In this document: piece after piece, positions 1 to 15,000 of the stretch
How the letters are laid out: the number at the start of each line of letters is the position of its first letter
Numbering within the stretch: the stretch's first letter is position 1
Assembly: GCF_964355755.1 (NCBI RefSeq)
Contig: NC_092676.1
Location: 9,401,888 to 9,465,887, forward strand
DNA from: Antedon mediterranea
Lineage: Eukaryota; Animalia; Echinodermata
DNA length: 64,000 bases
Direction of reading: 5' to 3'
Translations under genes and position numbers: made by a program
Notes under the pieces: generated by a model
What the model saw: only the letters and a program-made list of their open reading frames with translations
What the model was told of the DNA's origin: nothing
The model's database searches: none

Positions 1-73
1 AACACACAAATGTTTTTTGGATCGAAAAAACCCTAAATTATTTAGAATACACAAGATTTATTAACTGTTATAG

Positions 74-3000
74 TATGGACCTAATTTGGTAGCAGACGAA
101 AATGGATTAGAAGCCGGAGGTGCCATAAAACAATTTTCCGAATGGCAACTTAATGAAGAACAACACAAATTATTTAACCCGGATCTTGCTGTAATTGTTA
201 CAAGGTAGTATATTCTACGATTTATTATTCTTGTAATTGTGGTCACATGACGGCCCTACTAGTACTACTAGTTTGACAGGGGCTAGACCTAGCTAGGTTA
301 ACAGCAGGGCTAGACCATTACCATGCTTTTGAGTTTTCCATTTTTAGAAATATCCAAAACTGCGGGCCTTGACAAATTTCTGATTGACAAAATAAGAAAA
401 ATAGGCCACTTTGCATGTTTTGACACATTATGCTTAAAACCGAATATCAACAGCTTTGGGTGGGTCTCCGATTAAAGCCGGCTTTATCAGATAGACGGTC
501 TTATTAAATCCACCCCTGTTAGACCATTGCTATAAAACAGTCTTAGCTAAGACTGCGTACAGCAAACAAAATTAAATTAGGGCGTACTTTCCGCGTAGAA
601 TACCAAATAAGGTAATGTTCGTCACGCTTGCTAAATTCACAATCTACGCGAGAAAATCTATTCTAGGCCTTATAAGTATAAGATCACCGTTATTATTTGA
701 TGTAACACTTAAAAGTCGTTCGATTGGTTGTCTTTCACGATCAATAATACGTATAATCAACAAAAAGAGAGGTTTAAGACTGTTTTAGATCCTTCGGGTA
801 GGCTTACAGGTTAGGCCGCGGTATAGCAATAGTCTATAATAAAGACTACTTGCTAAGTCAGGAATTATAGCTGGCTAAGCGCTAAGACCGTTTATAGACC
901 GCATAGCAATCCGCCCCTGGTATCTATTAGCAAAATAAATCAATAAATAAATACCAACCGACCCTGTTTGTCAATCTTTACAATACGAAACAGAAATGAA
1001 CATTGTTGGGTTAAACAAGTCAACTACAGTATTTGCTTTTTTACACTGGCTATTGTTACATCTGGTACGATCAGAAAGTAATATAGGCCTAAGTGTATTA
1101 ATGATTTTAAACTTCGTGATTTAAAAAAACAAACATATGTTGAGCAGTTTAAATCCCATTCAAAATTAAAGTATTTTCAATTATTATTAATTAATCATTT
1201 ATTAAATACACCCTATTAGTCTACAGATAGGAAACGTAAAAGAGTTACAAACAAAATTTCGTTTAGGCGTTCTAGATAGAAAAGGATAGATAGAACAAAG
1301 CTCAACACCAATAACGTTTTTTTAAAGTTTGTAATTGAAGTTTTAATAGAAGATGAAATTCATTTATGTGTCCTTTCTATAGAAATATCAGAGCCAAAGT
1401 TTAATGTTTTATTTATTTTATTTTATTTCAACCACATCCAACAGTAAAAAATCGCCAATAATTACAGTTTACCTTAAAACTCTTTAGATACAAATATAGA
1501 ATTAAAAGCACATTAAAAAACAAAACATGAAACATACAAAATGGCAAACTTAAATCGATTTAAGAACTTTAGACTTAAATATGGACAAAGTGTCAAAAAA
1601 ATATCGATAGTCTTATCTTTAATAGAAATTGAATTAAAAAGCTTGGATAATATTTGAACAAAACCATTTTTGGTATCGTTGACTCGACAACGGGCAAGGG
1701 AAAATAATTCGGTGTTGCGAGAGTTTAGTCGATTAATTTTGAGAGAAAAAAATGATAAAATATTACATTTAAAAAGGGAGTTGAGGCATTTAAAAAGAAA
1801 TACCAAATCGAAAAAGCTTCTCCGAGTATGAAGTGAGGGAAGATGAATTAAAAGACCAGTATTCTTGTGGTTAATAAAGTAAATAAATTTGGATTGAACC
1901 CGTTCGATATTAATACGATTTGATTGGGAGATCGAAATAGAATTGTAAATTGTTGATGAAAAAATAGGTCGGACAAGAGAGATATAAAGTTTTAGTTTAG
2001 TAACACTATCGATATGTTTACAGTGACGCCAAAGCATACCTAACATTCTATTACCCTTAGCAACAATATGATCAACATGTTTATTAAAGTTAAGTTTCGA
2101 ATCAATATAAATGCCAAGATCCTTTTGAAAGTTAATCAAAATTAATAATTTGTTTTTTAAGCGATAAAGTAAGAATCTGACACGGATTTAAGAACATTGT
2201 CCAATTGCATAGCCTAACAAGATCTTGTTGAATAAGAAGAGAATCATTAGGCCTAATAGTATTAACTATCCGATACAATTTAATATCGTCCGCAAAAATG
2301 AGGCATTGAGAATGTACAAACATTTCGGAAACATCATTGACAAACATAGAGAAGAGCAAAGGTCCCAATATGGAACCCTGCGGAAATCCGGATGTAACGG
2401 CCAACCACGTAGATGTACAGCCATTAAAGTTAACACGTTGGAAACGATTGTCAAGATAGTTACGAATCGAAATAAAAGAGGATCGCAAATGCCAAATTTT
2501 TTGACCTTGTAAACTAGCAGATCGTGACAAACTTTATCGAACGCTTTTGAATAGTCAGTGTAGACAATGTCACACTGATATGCAACTGATAGCATAGTAG
2601 CAAGATTGGTCTGACACGATCTGCCAGAGACAAAGCCATGTTGGACAGGAGAGAGAACGGGTGATATATGAGAAGAAATCTTATTATAAACAATTTTTTT
2701 TAAACTTTTAGAGAGAGTAGGAAGCAATGATATTGGACGAAAGTTCTCAATATTAGAACGAGAACCAGCTTTAAAAATGGGGCATACATTACAACGCTTC
2801 CAATCCGAAGGAAAAATACCAGAATTAAGAGAAAGTTTAAAAATAAACGCGAGGGGAAGAGAGAGAGAGGTTCAGTGCAAGATTTAAGGACTTTATTGCT
2901 TAATCTATCGCAGCCAGACGCTTTGTGAGGATTAATATTCTTAGTATTGCAACCTCATTAGAATTGACAGCGTGTGGCGCTGTGTGTTGGACGTTCGACT

Positions 3001-6000
3001 ACTGATCGTTAGACCGAGGTTCGAATCCAACTCTCGCCGCATTGTTTGTATCCTTAGGCAAGATACTTTACTTACGTTTGCCTCTAACCTGGTTAGATCA
3101 AGACACAACTTTGCGCTGATTACTAGCTGCATATATGGGAGTATGTTTCCATAGGTGTTTGATCAGGAAATGACTGGGGTAATAATTTTCAGCGCATTGA
3201 GAGCTTGCTTATATGCGCTATATAAGAATGAACTATTATTATTATTATTGGGATATTCAGCAAGATCAGGAAAGGTAGAAATCTTAACATCATTAAATAC
3301 AGAGTTAAAAAATAAAGATGAGACAAAATTATAAAAAGCATCTAGACATCCATTGACATTATCAAAGGATATCCCAGGGTATACGATCAAAAATATTGCA
3401 CATATCAGGCCAGTTCGTTTTAGAAAAGTTAAAAATAGTTCTAAAGGTATGACTATCACAAGCACAGGAATCCAAATCAAACTTAATATGAAGGGACTAT
3501 ATTATATTTATTTATTAAGTAAATATTATTAAAACGAGTAGGCCTATTTGAAAAATTATATTGCGAGAGGTTAAAATGGTTAGGAATTTGATCAGAAAAA
3601 CAAACATTAATAGCAGAGTCGGATTTAAAAGTATGACTACCGTCGTCATTCTACTGAAATTGGGTAGGTTAAAATCACTGACTAGGCACGTGACAATTAA
3701 GCCTTAGTGGATTCATATATAAGCTTAAGAGATTGATGATGAAGCTCCATGTGTTCAGCGTTGTTGTTTGATGGTCTATAGTGCAGTCTAACAATACACG
3801 TTTTTCTATAGTTCAATCCACATAGTTTCACTGCCAGCAAGTTCGTATTGAACCAGACTGGTTGACTTAAATCGATTGCTAACAAGAATCATCCTCCACC
3901 TCGCTTATTTATACGATCCAAACGGTATAACTTGTAACCCGAAAAGCTAAGTTCATAGTCATTAACGTAGATATTAAGCCATGTTTCACATAAGGCTACT
4001 ACATCGTACTTCCCATTGAGTAGATTCGCCCAGAACTGATCGGTAGTCATCCATTTTATATTTTACGCTACGCACGTTTAGAAAGTTAATCTTCACATCA
4101 TTGGGTCCCGGGTTTGTTTCCACGTCACCACAAAGAACGAGTTCACGTAAACAATCAACATGATTAGGATAGTACTGGCTCGGTTTGCCGATATTTCTGG
4201 ATTTACTCCTTATTTTATAAAACAACCATAGCAGGGTCAAGCTTGCAATCATATGATTTTAAAACAACAGACGTCAAGTACGAACAAAATATAGGAGACA
4301 AAGGCTTAAAACTGGAACGATAATCATAGTCTGAGTGTTGGTAAATGCACAAGACAATCAACAGTAAATTTATAAAAAAAGAAAACTTGCCTATAATTCC
4401 AGAATCAATAAGCCGAAAATTAAACAGAAATTCAGGCTTACGGACGATCAAAATCCTCAAAGTAAATCACATATTCAAGACAACATTAAAATAGTATATT
4501 ACATAGCCTGTGTAAATACGTGAACGTGATTGGTTGAAACTGCATCACATGACTACCGCTACGAGGATCGTAAATCGTATATATCCTCAAATAAGATGAT
4601 ATTGACTGAGTAATTTTCGTGTGGCAACAATCGCGTTCGGCGAGAAATAAACAAAAGTCATCAACTGAGACTTGAACTCGCAATGAAAGTGTCACTCCAT
4701 CACAAGACAACGCTTTAACCAATGCGCCACGGAACTTGCTTGAAGAAATTAATCAACTAAACTATTTAAACTATGTATACATAGCGCCCTCATTTGATAT
4801 TAGTCCATCCTAGATGGGATGAAAGACCGTTTGTGATTGGTCAATACTCACGGTTGTAACCAACCTAGTACGCACTGATCATCCGGTGATTATTTCGGCT
4901 CGAAGAAGACGAATTGTTTATTCGGCCTACCTGATTATAATATTATTATTATTAATGTAGGCTTCCTTATTGACGGAAATTCTTCTGTTAATTTAAATGA
5001 CCTAGGCCTAAGTGAATGTTTTATTGCCAAGGAATATATAATTAGTAATTATCTGTATATTTTTCTTCGCAAGGTAAGGTGTCTCGGCAGGCTTGTTTAC
5101 ATACAATACAAAAAGGAGGCTTAGCTTCACCCGACTCAGCAGATATTTTACTTGTTGTTGGCTATGTAATATAGCAGATATCGCCTTTTATATCGGTAAA
5201 AAATAAGATTTAACATCCCCTCCGGATGATATTATATTCTCGGCGCTTCGGGAAATTACATTCCCTCGAACATAATATCATTCCCTTGGGGATGTCAAAT
5301 CTTATATTTCACCTCTAAGCAGGCAATATCAGTATAATAATGTACAGAAGATAAAATGCTGTATAAAAATATGGTATAAAAAAACTATGGTATCAAAAGG
5401 TGATCTGTGACTGTACTGTACTATAAAAACAATCAGGTCCAAGTGCGGTAGACAAATCATCAAAGCAAACTGATGTGATTCCTAAGCCAAGGGAGTGCCC
5501 TTTCTAGACAAAGTGCAGCGGGAAATTCAAGTTGTCAATGGCATTCCATGCACGAAAAAGTGGCCTAGCGGAGCTCGTTACTGAACGTCCGCACAGTACG
5601 ACAGGTCAATCAATAAAAAAATGTTATATAATGTTATAGTTTAAACTATAATGAATAACAAAAAACATTACACAAGAGGTCGCACATTTTGTTTTTATTG
5701 CCCACAAAAAAAGACAAACATGTTATGTTGATTAATTAGTTTTTACTTTTGTAAAATATTAGGGTCTGAGGCCTGTACGAATTATGTTCGAATAAAATCC
5801 CTGAAAGGGACTGGAATTGTATTGACTAAAAAAATAAAATAATACTTGATAATGATACTCATATTATATTATTATTTAACTATTATTTTAGGCATGACTT
5901 GTATGGATTTAAGCAAGACGGTACGATCAACTTGAATGTAGCTGGACGTTCTTCCGGTATTGGGACCACCTGCACCACTCTGAATCGATGTTCTATAAAT

Positions 6001-9000
6001 GAGGATAACGGGTTTAGAACCGCCATAACAATAGCGCACGAGATGGGACACAAGTAAGAAATGTAATCCTATACAAATAATGAATGTTTATATAACATCT
6101 AAATAGATTCAATTGAATTAAATTGAATATTAAGTCAGGCCTACCTTTGATTCACATTTAAAAAGTAAAATTTAACATTAAATTTAACATATTTACATTT
6201 CAAAACAATTATATATATATATATATACTCTATAATATAATCTACAGCTCACTATGTCGGTCGGTTGGTCAGTCGGTCGGTAAACACTCACTTGAGCACA
6301 CGACTGCCGCCATCTATATGGCCTTGTTTATAAAATTGTTTAAATAATATATTTATTTAGATTTTATAAAATCACCTACTTGTTGTGCTCGCCGTCTACA
6401 ACTGTTCCGCGTCTAAGGCTGGATCACTGCTTTTTAAATTAATTATTTTTAATTTAGCTTCCCAGCCTGGCATTCGTCATTATTGATTTATGAATAAATT
6501 AAATAAAAGTAGGTGTGTTAGAAAATAATTATTGAATGTTTTGTATTCGTTGAACGGAGATGTTTCATTTGATCTATTCAATTTTTAAACTCATGAAATA
6601 TTCTCACCATCCAACCTATAAACATTCAATGTATACCGTCAACTAGACAATGAAAACGATTAATTAGTTTATTAATGTTCTCAGTACTACACACATAAGA
6701 TATATTGGGTATAATACATTTTATCCATTAATTATATCAGAGCATTTAAAAGAATGTAAGATAAAAAACTATTCCACACAAATCAACAACCATTGTAATT
6801 TACAATGAATCACTCTTAAATTGTAATAGTCTTGGAATGTTTCATGACGGGGGAACATTCAACGATTGTCTCCCAAATAAGAACATAATGTCAGCAGGTA
6901 GCAAAAAAGGCTTCGAAGGAATCCAGTGGTCGACATGTAGTGCCAACTATCTTAAAGAATATCTACAGTAAGTATTATTTGAATTATTTTAAATGACCGT
7001 GGTGTATCACATGCATTGGTTGGTGAAAGTATATGCTTTATAAACTCTCAATATTTTGTACTTAAATGTGATTACTTGTAAAACCATCGATATCCTAGTT
7101 TGGACAACTTGGCATTTATTTGGTAACTAACTAATATGCATATTAACATGTTGACCTTTGACCTTATGTCAACTGATGAAATTGACCTTATGTCAACTAA
7201 TTAAATGATGTATTCGCTCTTTTACATTAGCGTATGATTGATTATTAACAGGATGAGAAAACATCCAATTTTGGTTAAATATTAGTTTTTATTTGGTAAA
7301 TAGGTACGATCTATGATTGGTCAATATTGACATTTGACCCTTAATCACAACGGATTTTTTTTTCATAAGGTGATTGAATAGTATAATCATAACAATGTAA
7401 TAAAAGACCAAATTGTGCTTCAATAAATTTGTTATAACAGAGGGTTCGCTCGCTTCGCTCGCGCACCCTCTAGTGGGTGTACCCGAATGGTTCTCGAAAA
7501 CATGACCAACGCCTAGCCCTCTGGAAATTAATTAATTGAAGCCTGGGTGACACCTATGCATATTATGACTGATGAGTAATGCATGTTTTCTTTTTGATGC
7601 ATATCTTGTTAATTTTTGAACAAAATGATCAAATAACAACTTTCGTAGCCTTCTTATACTGTATATCGGTCGTAGTAGACACCATTTATAATTATAAATA
7701 GAGCAAGCAACAGAAATAATCGATAATATAAACAGTAAAGGTATTTCCCCGGTAGGCCTACCAGGCCTCCTATAGTAACATTGAATCGCACCTAAATTTG
7801 ATTAAATGATTAATAAATAGCATAAATAATTAGTTCAATTAGGCCTACTAAAACAAATTGTATTTCACGTAAAGTAAAGGCCTTTATAATTGATTAGTTG
7901 AATAATTATCTAAAACAAATAAATTGTAGTTCATGATTCAGTTGAAACACTAAAATCACATTTAGTTCACGTAAAAGTAAAGGCCTTCAATAATAGTTAA
8001 ATTACTAAAACAAATTGTAGTTCACGTAAAGTAAATGCCTTTAATCAATATAATTGATTAGTTGAATATCTAAAACAAATTAATTGCAGTACGATACGTT
8101 GAACCAATAAATATTTGTATTTAATATTGAATGTCGCCACCAACGGCCATTTTGACGGACCCGGAAACCAAAGATTATATAGCGCCGCTACGCGGCGCAA
8201 GATAGGTAACTGTTGCCAAGCTCCTATCTTATAACACTACGCGCCCAGTAAATCCATGGACGCCATTCGGGCGGACAGGTTATTATTGTGATTTAAATGT
8301 AAATGGTTTAAATTTTGCGGTCCGCCTCGAAGTATCTGTGGTTAACCATCTTTATGATTGATTCATGGAAAAGGGAAGAAATTATGTAAACAAAGTAAAA
8401 TAAAAGTTTCTTTGGGATCTGGACACTTTCCAATTAATTCTGTGTGTTTACATTGATATGTTTGGTTAGACAACTTCGTTCTTTAACCGAAACATCGTGG
8501 ATATTGCCTTGACAACGACTTTATTCCGGTTCAAACTTGTCCGCCGGAATGGCGTCCATGGATTACAAAGGTCTCACCCAGTTACCTATCTTACCTATAC
8601 AATCTTTGGTTGAACAACAGCGCGAGTGTGTGAAAATAACCCTGTGATATCCACAAATTTCGATAGGTAACGCTAAATTTTGTCGTTGTAAAAGACAAAA
8701 ATGAAACAATAGCGTCGATGTGAAAACTAATGTTATCAAATCTACGTTTCGCGGTACATCTGAGATAGATAAGGTAGGTATCCAAGGCGGAGATTTGTAC
8801 CGAAGTTTTTGCATTGTGCTCGCCTATGTCAGAATTAACGATAATTTATATATAGATACATATACATAATACGTTGTTTTGTTTTTTCAATTTTGAAATT
8901 TGACCCCTTGTATCTCGAAAACGCTTCCAATCCTGATCGATTACCTTCCAGATTCGTAATCTACGAAATATTCTGGTCTAGAAAAGTTGGATGACACTTT

Positions 9001-12000
9001 GTTTCCGTTCGGGTGGTGATACCAGTAGGGCCTACACCTGACGTTTTTAAGAGGTCTGGTGTTGTTTTGTTTTTTATAAACAATAAACGACAAGGTTCAG
9101 AATTTGCAAATTGAAAAAGAAAATGGTTGTGACGTTTGTAATGATTTTGTTATTTGTATTGTTAGGCCGCGGTTTTAAAAACATTTCTGTGAAGAGAGGG
9201 TGAGCTCGCTTCGCTCGCTCCCCATCTAGGAAGTGTAGACGATCGTTCTCGGAATGATAATGACTCGGGTAAAAAGGTTTTAGAAGGACATTCTCCTTCT
9301 ACGTTTTCTGTCGGTTACCATTATTGAAAATGCTTGAAATTCGTAAAACTAAACCTACCCTGTTTCACAGTGTCTTAGATGATTAATAACATTTTAAAGT
9401 AGGCCTATAGTTTTTATTGTCGTAGGTGGGGAGGTGAAAATCCTTTGAGGGAGGTGCTTATTCGAGGGATATGTCGATTTTTTTAGTTTTAATAACATGT
9501 TAATTCAATTCAATTCTATTAAAACTTTATTATCCCCATAGGGAAACTCTGTTGGCCTTTAAAAAAATACAGTACATACAAATATAAAATGGGTACAGTA
9601 TATAAAATATAAAATACGATAAAAGAGCCATACGAAATATACATATAAAATCCTAAAAAGTCGATTAAAATACTACAATAAATAAAACTAGCGCATGTCA
9701 TTCATTATATAATCGTATTGCAGCAGGGACGAATGAATTGCCATATCTATTTGTTTTAATTTTTCTTTGAAGGAGTCTGTCACTACGTTGAATTATGTTA
9801 AATTTATAGTGCAGAGGATGAGCGTGGTCTTTTAAAATAATTTTCAATTTTTTAATTACTAATTCCTTATATAAAACTTCAGGTTGAATTTGTTCAGAGC
9901 CTACTATTCTACTGCCTTGTTTAACTATTTTATTAAGTAAAAGTCTATCTTTAAAACGTGAATTACCATAATAATATATTAGGCAAAAACTAAGTACACT
10001 GTTTAAGATAGAAGTATAAAAAAGTTGTAAAATAGTACGGTCAATCTTAAAAGAGTTTAATTTGCGTAGAAAGAAGAGACGTTTTTGTAATTTATTGTAT
10101 ATGCACCTACTATATGCATCAAATTTAAGTTCATTATCAATTTCAACCCCTAAATATTTAAAGTTTTAACTTCCGAAATGGTCTCACCATTGATTTTGAT
10201 CTTGGGAAAGTAGTTTATCTTCTTCCGAAAATCAAAAACCATCTCTTTAGTTTTATTTATATTTAGATCTATCTATCTTTACACCATTCGTGAAAAATAT
10301 TAATACTGTCTAAGAAGCCTGTCATTGAATCATCTTTTGAATCCAGATAACCAATCAGAGCAGTGTCGTCTACATATTTAATAATCTCAGTTTTTGTATT
10401 ATTTGACTTACAATCATTTGTGTATATTGTATACAATAAAGGTGACAACACACAACCTTGTGGAACACCCGTGTTAACTTTCAACAACGAGGACAACGTG
10501 TGATTTAGCTTAACACGCTGTTCTCTATGTTTAAAAAAATTAAGTAGCCATTTTATAATCAGTGGGTTAACTTCTAAATCGATAAGCTTATTAGCCAGAA
10601 CATATGGTTGAATATTATTGAATGCACTAGAGAAATCAACAAAAAGAATTCTCCCAAAGCAACTTTTTTTCTCTAGGTGCTCAGAAACATTATTAAGGAG
10701 CAGAAACACTGCATCCTCAACACACCTGTTTGGATGATATGCAAATTGATTTATATCTAGCAAATTCTCCACTGAGGCAACTAGCTTACTTTTAACAATT
10801 TTTTCTAAACACTTTATTGGTACACATGTAAGGGCCACAGGTCTAAGGTCATTCATTTTCTTGGGATTTGGTGTTTTGGGAATGGGCATGATTGTTGATT
10901 TTTTTCCACAACACTGGAACTATTGAGTCATTTACAGAGGATTGAAAAAGTTTACAAAAAGGAATGGCCAGCTGATCGGCACACATTTTAAGAGTCTTAC
11001 AACTAATATTATCGGGACCTTTTGCCTTACGTGGGTTAAGTTTTTTAAATAATAAGTTCACTTCGTCCACAGTGATTTGAAATGTTCCGGGGGTACCGGC
11101 AGTTCATCAACGCGTTTTGTTGTTTCCCTCATGTTCAAGTGAACGTCCACATTATCAAATCTGTTGTAGAAGGCATTTAAATCATTTGCATATTTCTTTT
11201 CATTGTCAACAACAACACCCTTTGCCTTCGGTTTATAACCAGTAATATTCTGCAAACCTTGCCAAACCTTAGATGAGTCACGATTTCGGAAGGACCTTTC
11301 AATTTTATTTTTATATTCCTTTTTGCATTCAGAAATTTTCCGCTTGATTTGCTTCTGTATATCTTTCCGCTTCTCTTTCTATCCGTCATAAAAACCATTC
11401 TTTTTTTTATTAAGGAGTCCTTTGAGTTCTTTGGACACCCAAGGTTTATTATTAGAAAAAACTTTAATTCTTGATACAGGTATAATCATTTCCTCACAGA
11501 ATCTTACGTATTCGGATACAACGAGGGTCGCTTCGCTCAAATTTTCTGCATTTTCCGTTAATACATCCCAGTTTGTGCATTCAAAACACCCTTTAAGGGT
11601 CTCGCTGGCTTCCTCAGTCCAACGTTTTACCTTTATTTTCTTTGAGGGTTTATAACGAAGATGGGTTTTATATATTGGAATGAGGCTGATCATATTGTGG
11701 TCAGATTTGCCAAGACCCGCCATAGCTTTACACTTGTATGCCCCATCAATATTTCCATAGCAAAGGTCGATACACATATTGTTGCGAGTTGGACAATCAA
11801 CATATTGCTGGTATGTAGGTAGGTATTCTTTTAATGAACATGAGTTAACATTTATAATCAAATAAAATCCTCCAATAGATATGAAAAGTGGTAAAAAAGA
11901 ATAACAAATGCTTGTTAAATTGTAGATAACAGTGCGATGAATTCTACTACAAATAGTATAATTGTGTTATTATAAATATAATACAATATTGTGTGTATAA

Positions 12001-15000
12001 ATGTGGATGGGCGTTTATTAGATAGTTGGGTTGGGGGATGGGGGTGCGATTATTATTCAAAGTGATGTTTTATTGGGGAGGCGTTTATTCAAATAAATAC
12101 CATCCTAATAATTAATACATTACTTAATTTAAACATCTTTTGAAACTAACTTCCGCGACAGAGTGGGCCGTTTTGGCCCAAGAAAGAAGACGTTTTAGAC
12201 GGCTTGCAACATTACCAGAGATCTCGGTCTTAACGGGACACGGATATTCCTGCCAGCTTACTCAATAAAACTCGGCTATCAAGATTTCACTCGATTTAAA
12301 AAAAAAATGTATTATCATTAGATCTCCCTATGTAGTTTTATAATACTATTCCCCACAATATATTTCGATGCTTTATGGCGTATATTTATTTAATTTGATC
12401 TTTATTAATTTGCAGTATAATTTTTATTTGTTAACTACTGTACCTTCACACGCGCGGTCCGATCCGAAAACAAACAAAAAACTAATGGCTATCCACTAAC
12501 GGCCAACTTAGTTGAAACCAGGTACTGTAGTTGCAAGGTGAACTCGTGAACTCATCGTGAACCCGGAAATTACTTTGACCGCGTACAATTGAAATTGAGT
12601 TGAAAATATACCGATGAAATCAGTCAATCCCGAAGTTTTTCCATTGTGCTCGCCTATGTCAAAATTAACCATAATTTATATATAGATGATTCATTAGACG
12701 ATTTGAAAACTACACACATTTTTAACGACCATGTCCATGCATGAAAGCTTTTAAAATATGTCTGAAAATCATTAATAATACTAAACCACCTGATCATAAA
12801 AATAAAATACAATTATCTGGAGAAATTAGAGGCCCGTTGCGTTATTAAGAATGCCGCAAAATAACGTGCAAAGCCATAAAAGATTAATACGTGATTTTGG
12901 CCCTCATCGGCAGAAACCTCCCGCAAGCGGTCAGCTCCCGTAAGAGGCCATTTTTTTCGGTCCTGGGGTTGGTCGCTACCGGAAGGTTCAACTGTATATT
13001 ATTGTAATTATGCTAAATAAATGAAATGCGAAAGTTGCCTGCTACTAAGGTTACGATGCTAAACCGTTGATAGTGCGTGAACATTTGAATTATATTTCAA
13101 CAGATATTGGGGTGTTAACTGTTTAGACAACGAGAGTCCTGCATTTATTGATATCTCGTTGGATGGTCGTTTACCAGGTGAAATTGTCAGCCTCGATGAG
13201 CAATGCAAAATGGCCTATGGTGATAACAGTTCAGCATGCATTTTTGAACAGGTCAGATAAATGTCGCAATTAATATACTTTTTAGACTTTCTGTCTTTTA
13301 ACAAAGCTTTTATTCATTTATTTTAGGATTATGTTTAACAATAAAAACTACAAATGTTACTTGGTTTCAAATCCCACTATCAAAATGTATAACACACCTG
13401 AGTGTATCCTTTGCATTTCAATTGTTACGTATCAGCACGTGCCGTCCAGTATTACTAATTAGTTCTACTGAAACGAAAAGTGATTTAATGGTGATATTGA
13501 ACAGTTCTATTTTTTTTGCGTGTTTGTCGACCGATGTTCGAAAAATAATGAATGGTTTTTTTTGGTTGTTTAATGGAAAGAATATTTCATAAGTTGAACA
13601 TTTGTTCTATTTAAATATTTCTCACATTTTTGACACAAATTTATTATCCACAATCTGAACACAATTATTTTGGCTGTGTATCACTCAATAGCATAAAAAT
13701 TACACACAATTTTCAAACAATACCGATATAAAGTAATCACAGCTGCTGGAGTGAATGATTTTCTTAGTATCTAGGCCTATAAAACATTATACTATTTACT
13801 AATTATCTAAAGCTTTAAAACAAACGGTATCAATACAATGTGACAGCTTTCTTGTACAATTCTATCTAAATTTAAGAAAAAACTAACTATATTCTGTATG
13901 TATTACTAGCAAATGTGCAAAACACTTTGGTGTCGGCGGAGTCCTGATGACGGGTGTCAAACTAAAGTCAACGCGGAACTTGAAGGCTCAGAGTGTCTTC
14001 CAGGGAAGGTAGGTTGAAAACTTGTTTTACACCACACTATTAGTACTACTATTATTTAAACCTATTGGCTATACATGATATGTCCTTAAATTATGTATAT
14101 GTATGTGTATTTATTTTATCAGAAATGCAAACAATTTGTCTTTAGAAAAGTCGCCATAACTGAAGATTACATTAATATTATATTATAATATAGAATGTCA
14201 TACTATACGAAACTCTCTTATGTTTTCTTTCGGTATGTTTGCCAGTGCCACGTAAATACCTTTACTTCTTGAGTTTATCTCTATTTCATTTTCAAATTAT
14301 ATGAACATCAACATGTTCTTATTTTTTCTTTATTAAGAGACTTCTTATACTGTATAATTTGCCATTTGTATGTTTGAAAGAAAATAAATGTGACATACTA
14401 AATACCATTACTATCCGCGATTGTGATATGTGTTATGTTGATGCGGTACCTTGTAATTATTGACTACATCCCTTTGTCTTAATTTGTTACTCCACCTAGT
14501 GGTGTCGAAAAAGGGTTTGTGTAGACGTTGGGTCCGAAGGCCCTGCAGCCGTGGATGGTGGCTGGTCCGATTATGACGAGTGGACTAAATGCTCTCGATC
14601 GTGTGGGGGTGGTGTGCAGAGTAGGAGACGCCGATGCGATAATCCACCGTAAGAACTTGTAAATTAATTCAAATTTCAAAATAATAGTTGGTAAGCGTAT
14701 TATAAAATGACACCGAGAGGACAAAGAGGACTGACTGAATGGTGTCTTTAAAAGTAAGTGTATTAGTTGAGGTACTTAACTACCGAACTTGTTTTGTAGG
14801 CCAGCGTATAATGGTAGGATCTGTGAGGGAGATGCAGTTATGTTAGACATTTGTAATCTTCAGGTAAATATCACGTATGATGAATTCTAGACCTGATTCA
14901 ACATTGTATAATGGTAGAGAGGGTAATATTTTGGGATTGTACGCTCCAGACCACCACGCTAATAAATTTCATTTGATTAGAAGACTGTGGACCACATGGC

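Noticed and set aside
1090-1400. Possible plus-strand LINE C-terminal fragment (FRLG..IEDE.H..CP.Y)
   Set aside because: Too degraded to delimit or classify reliably by eye.
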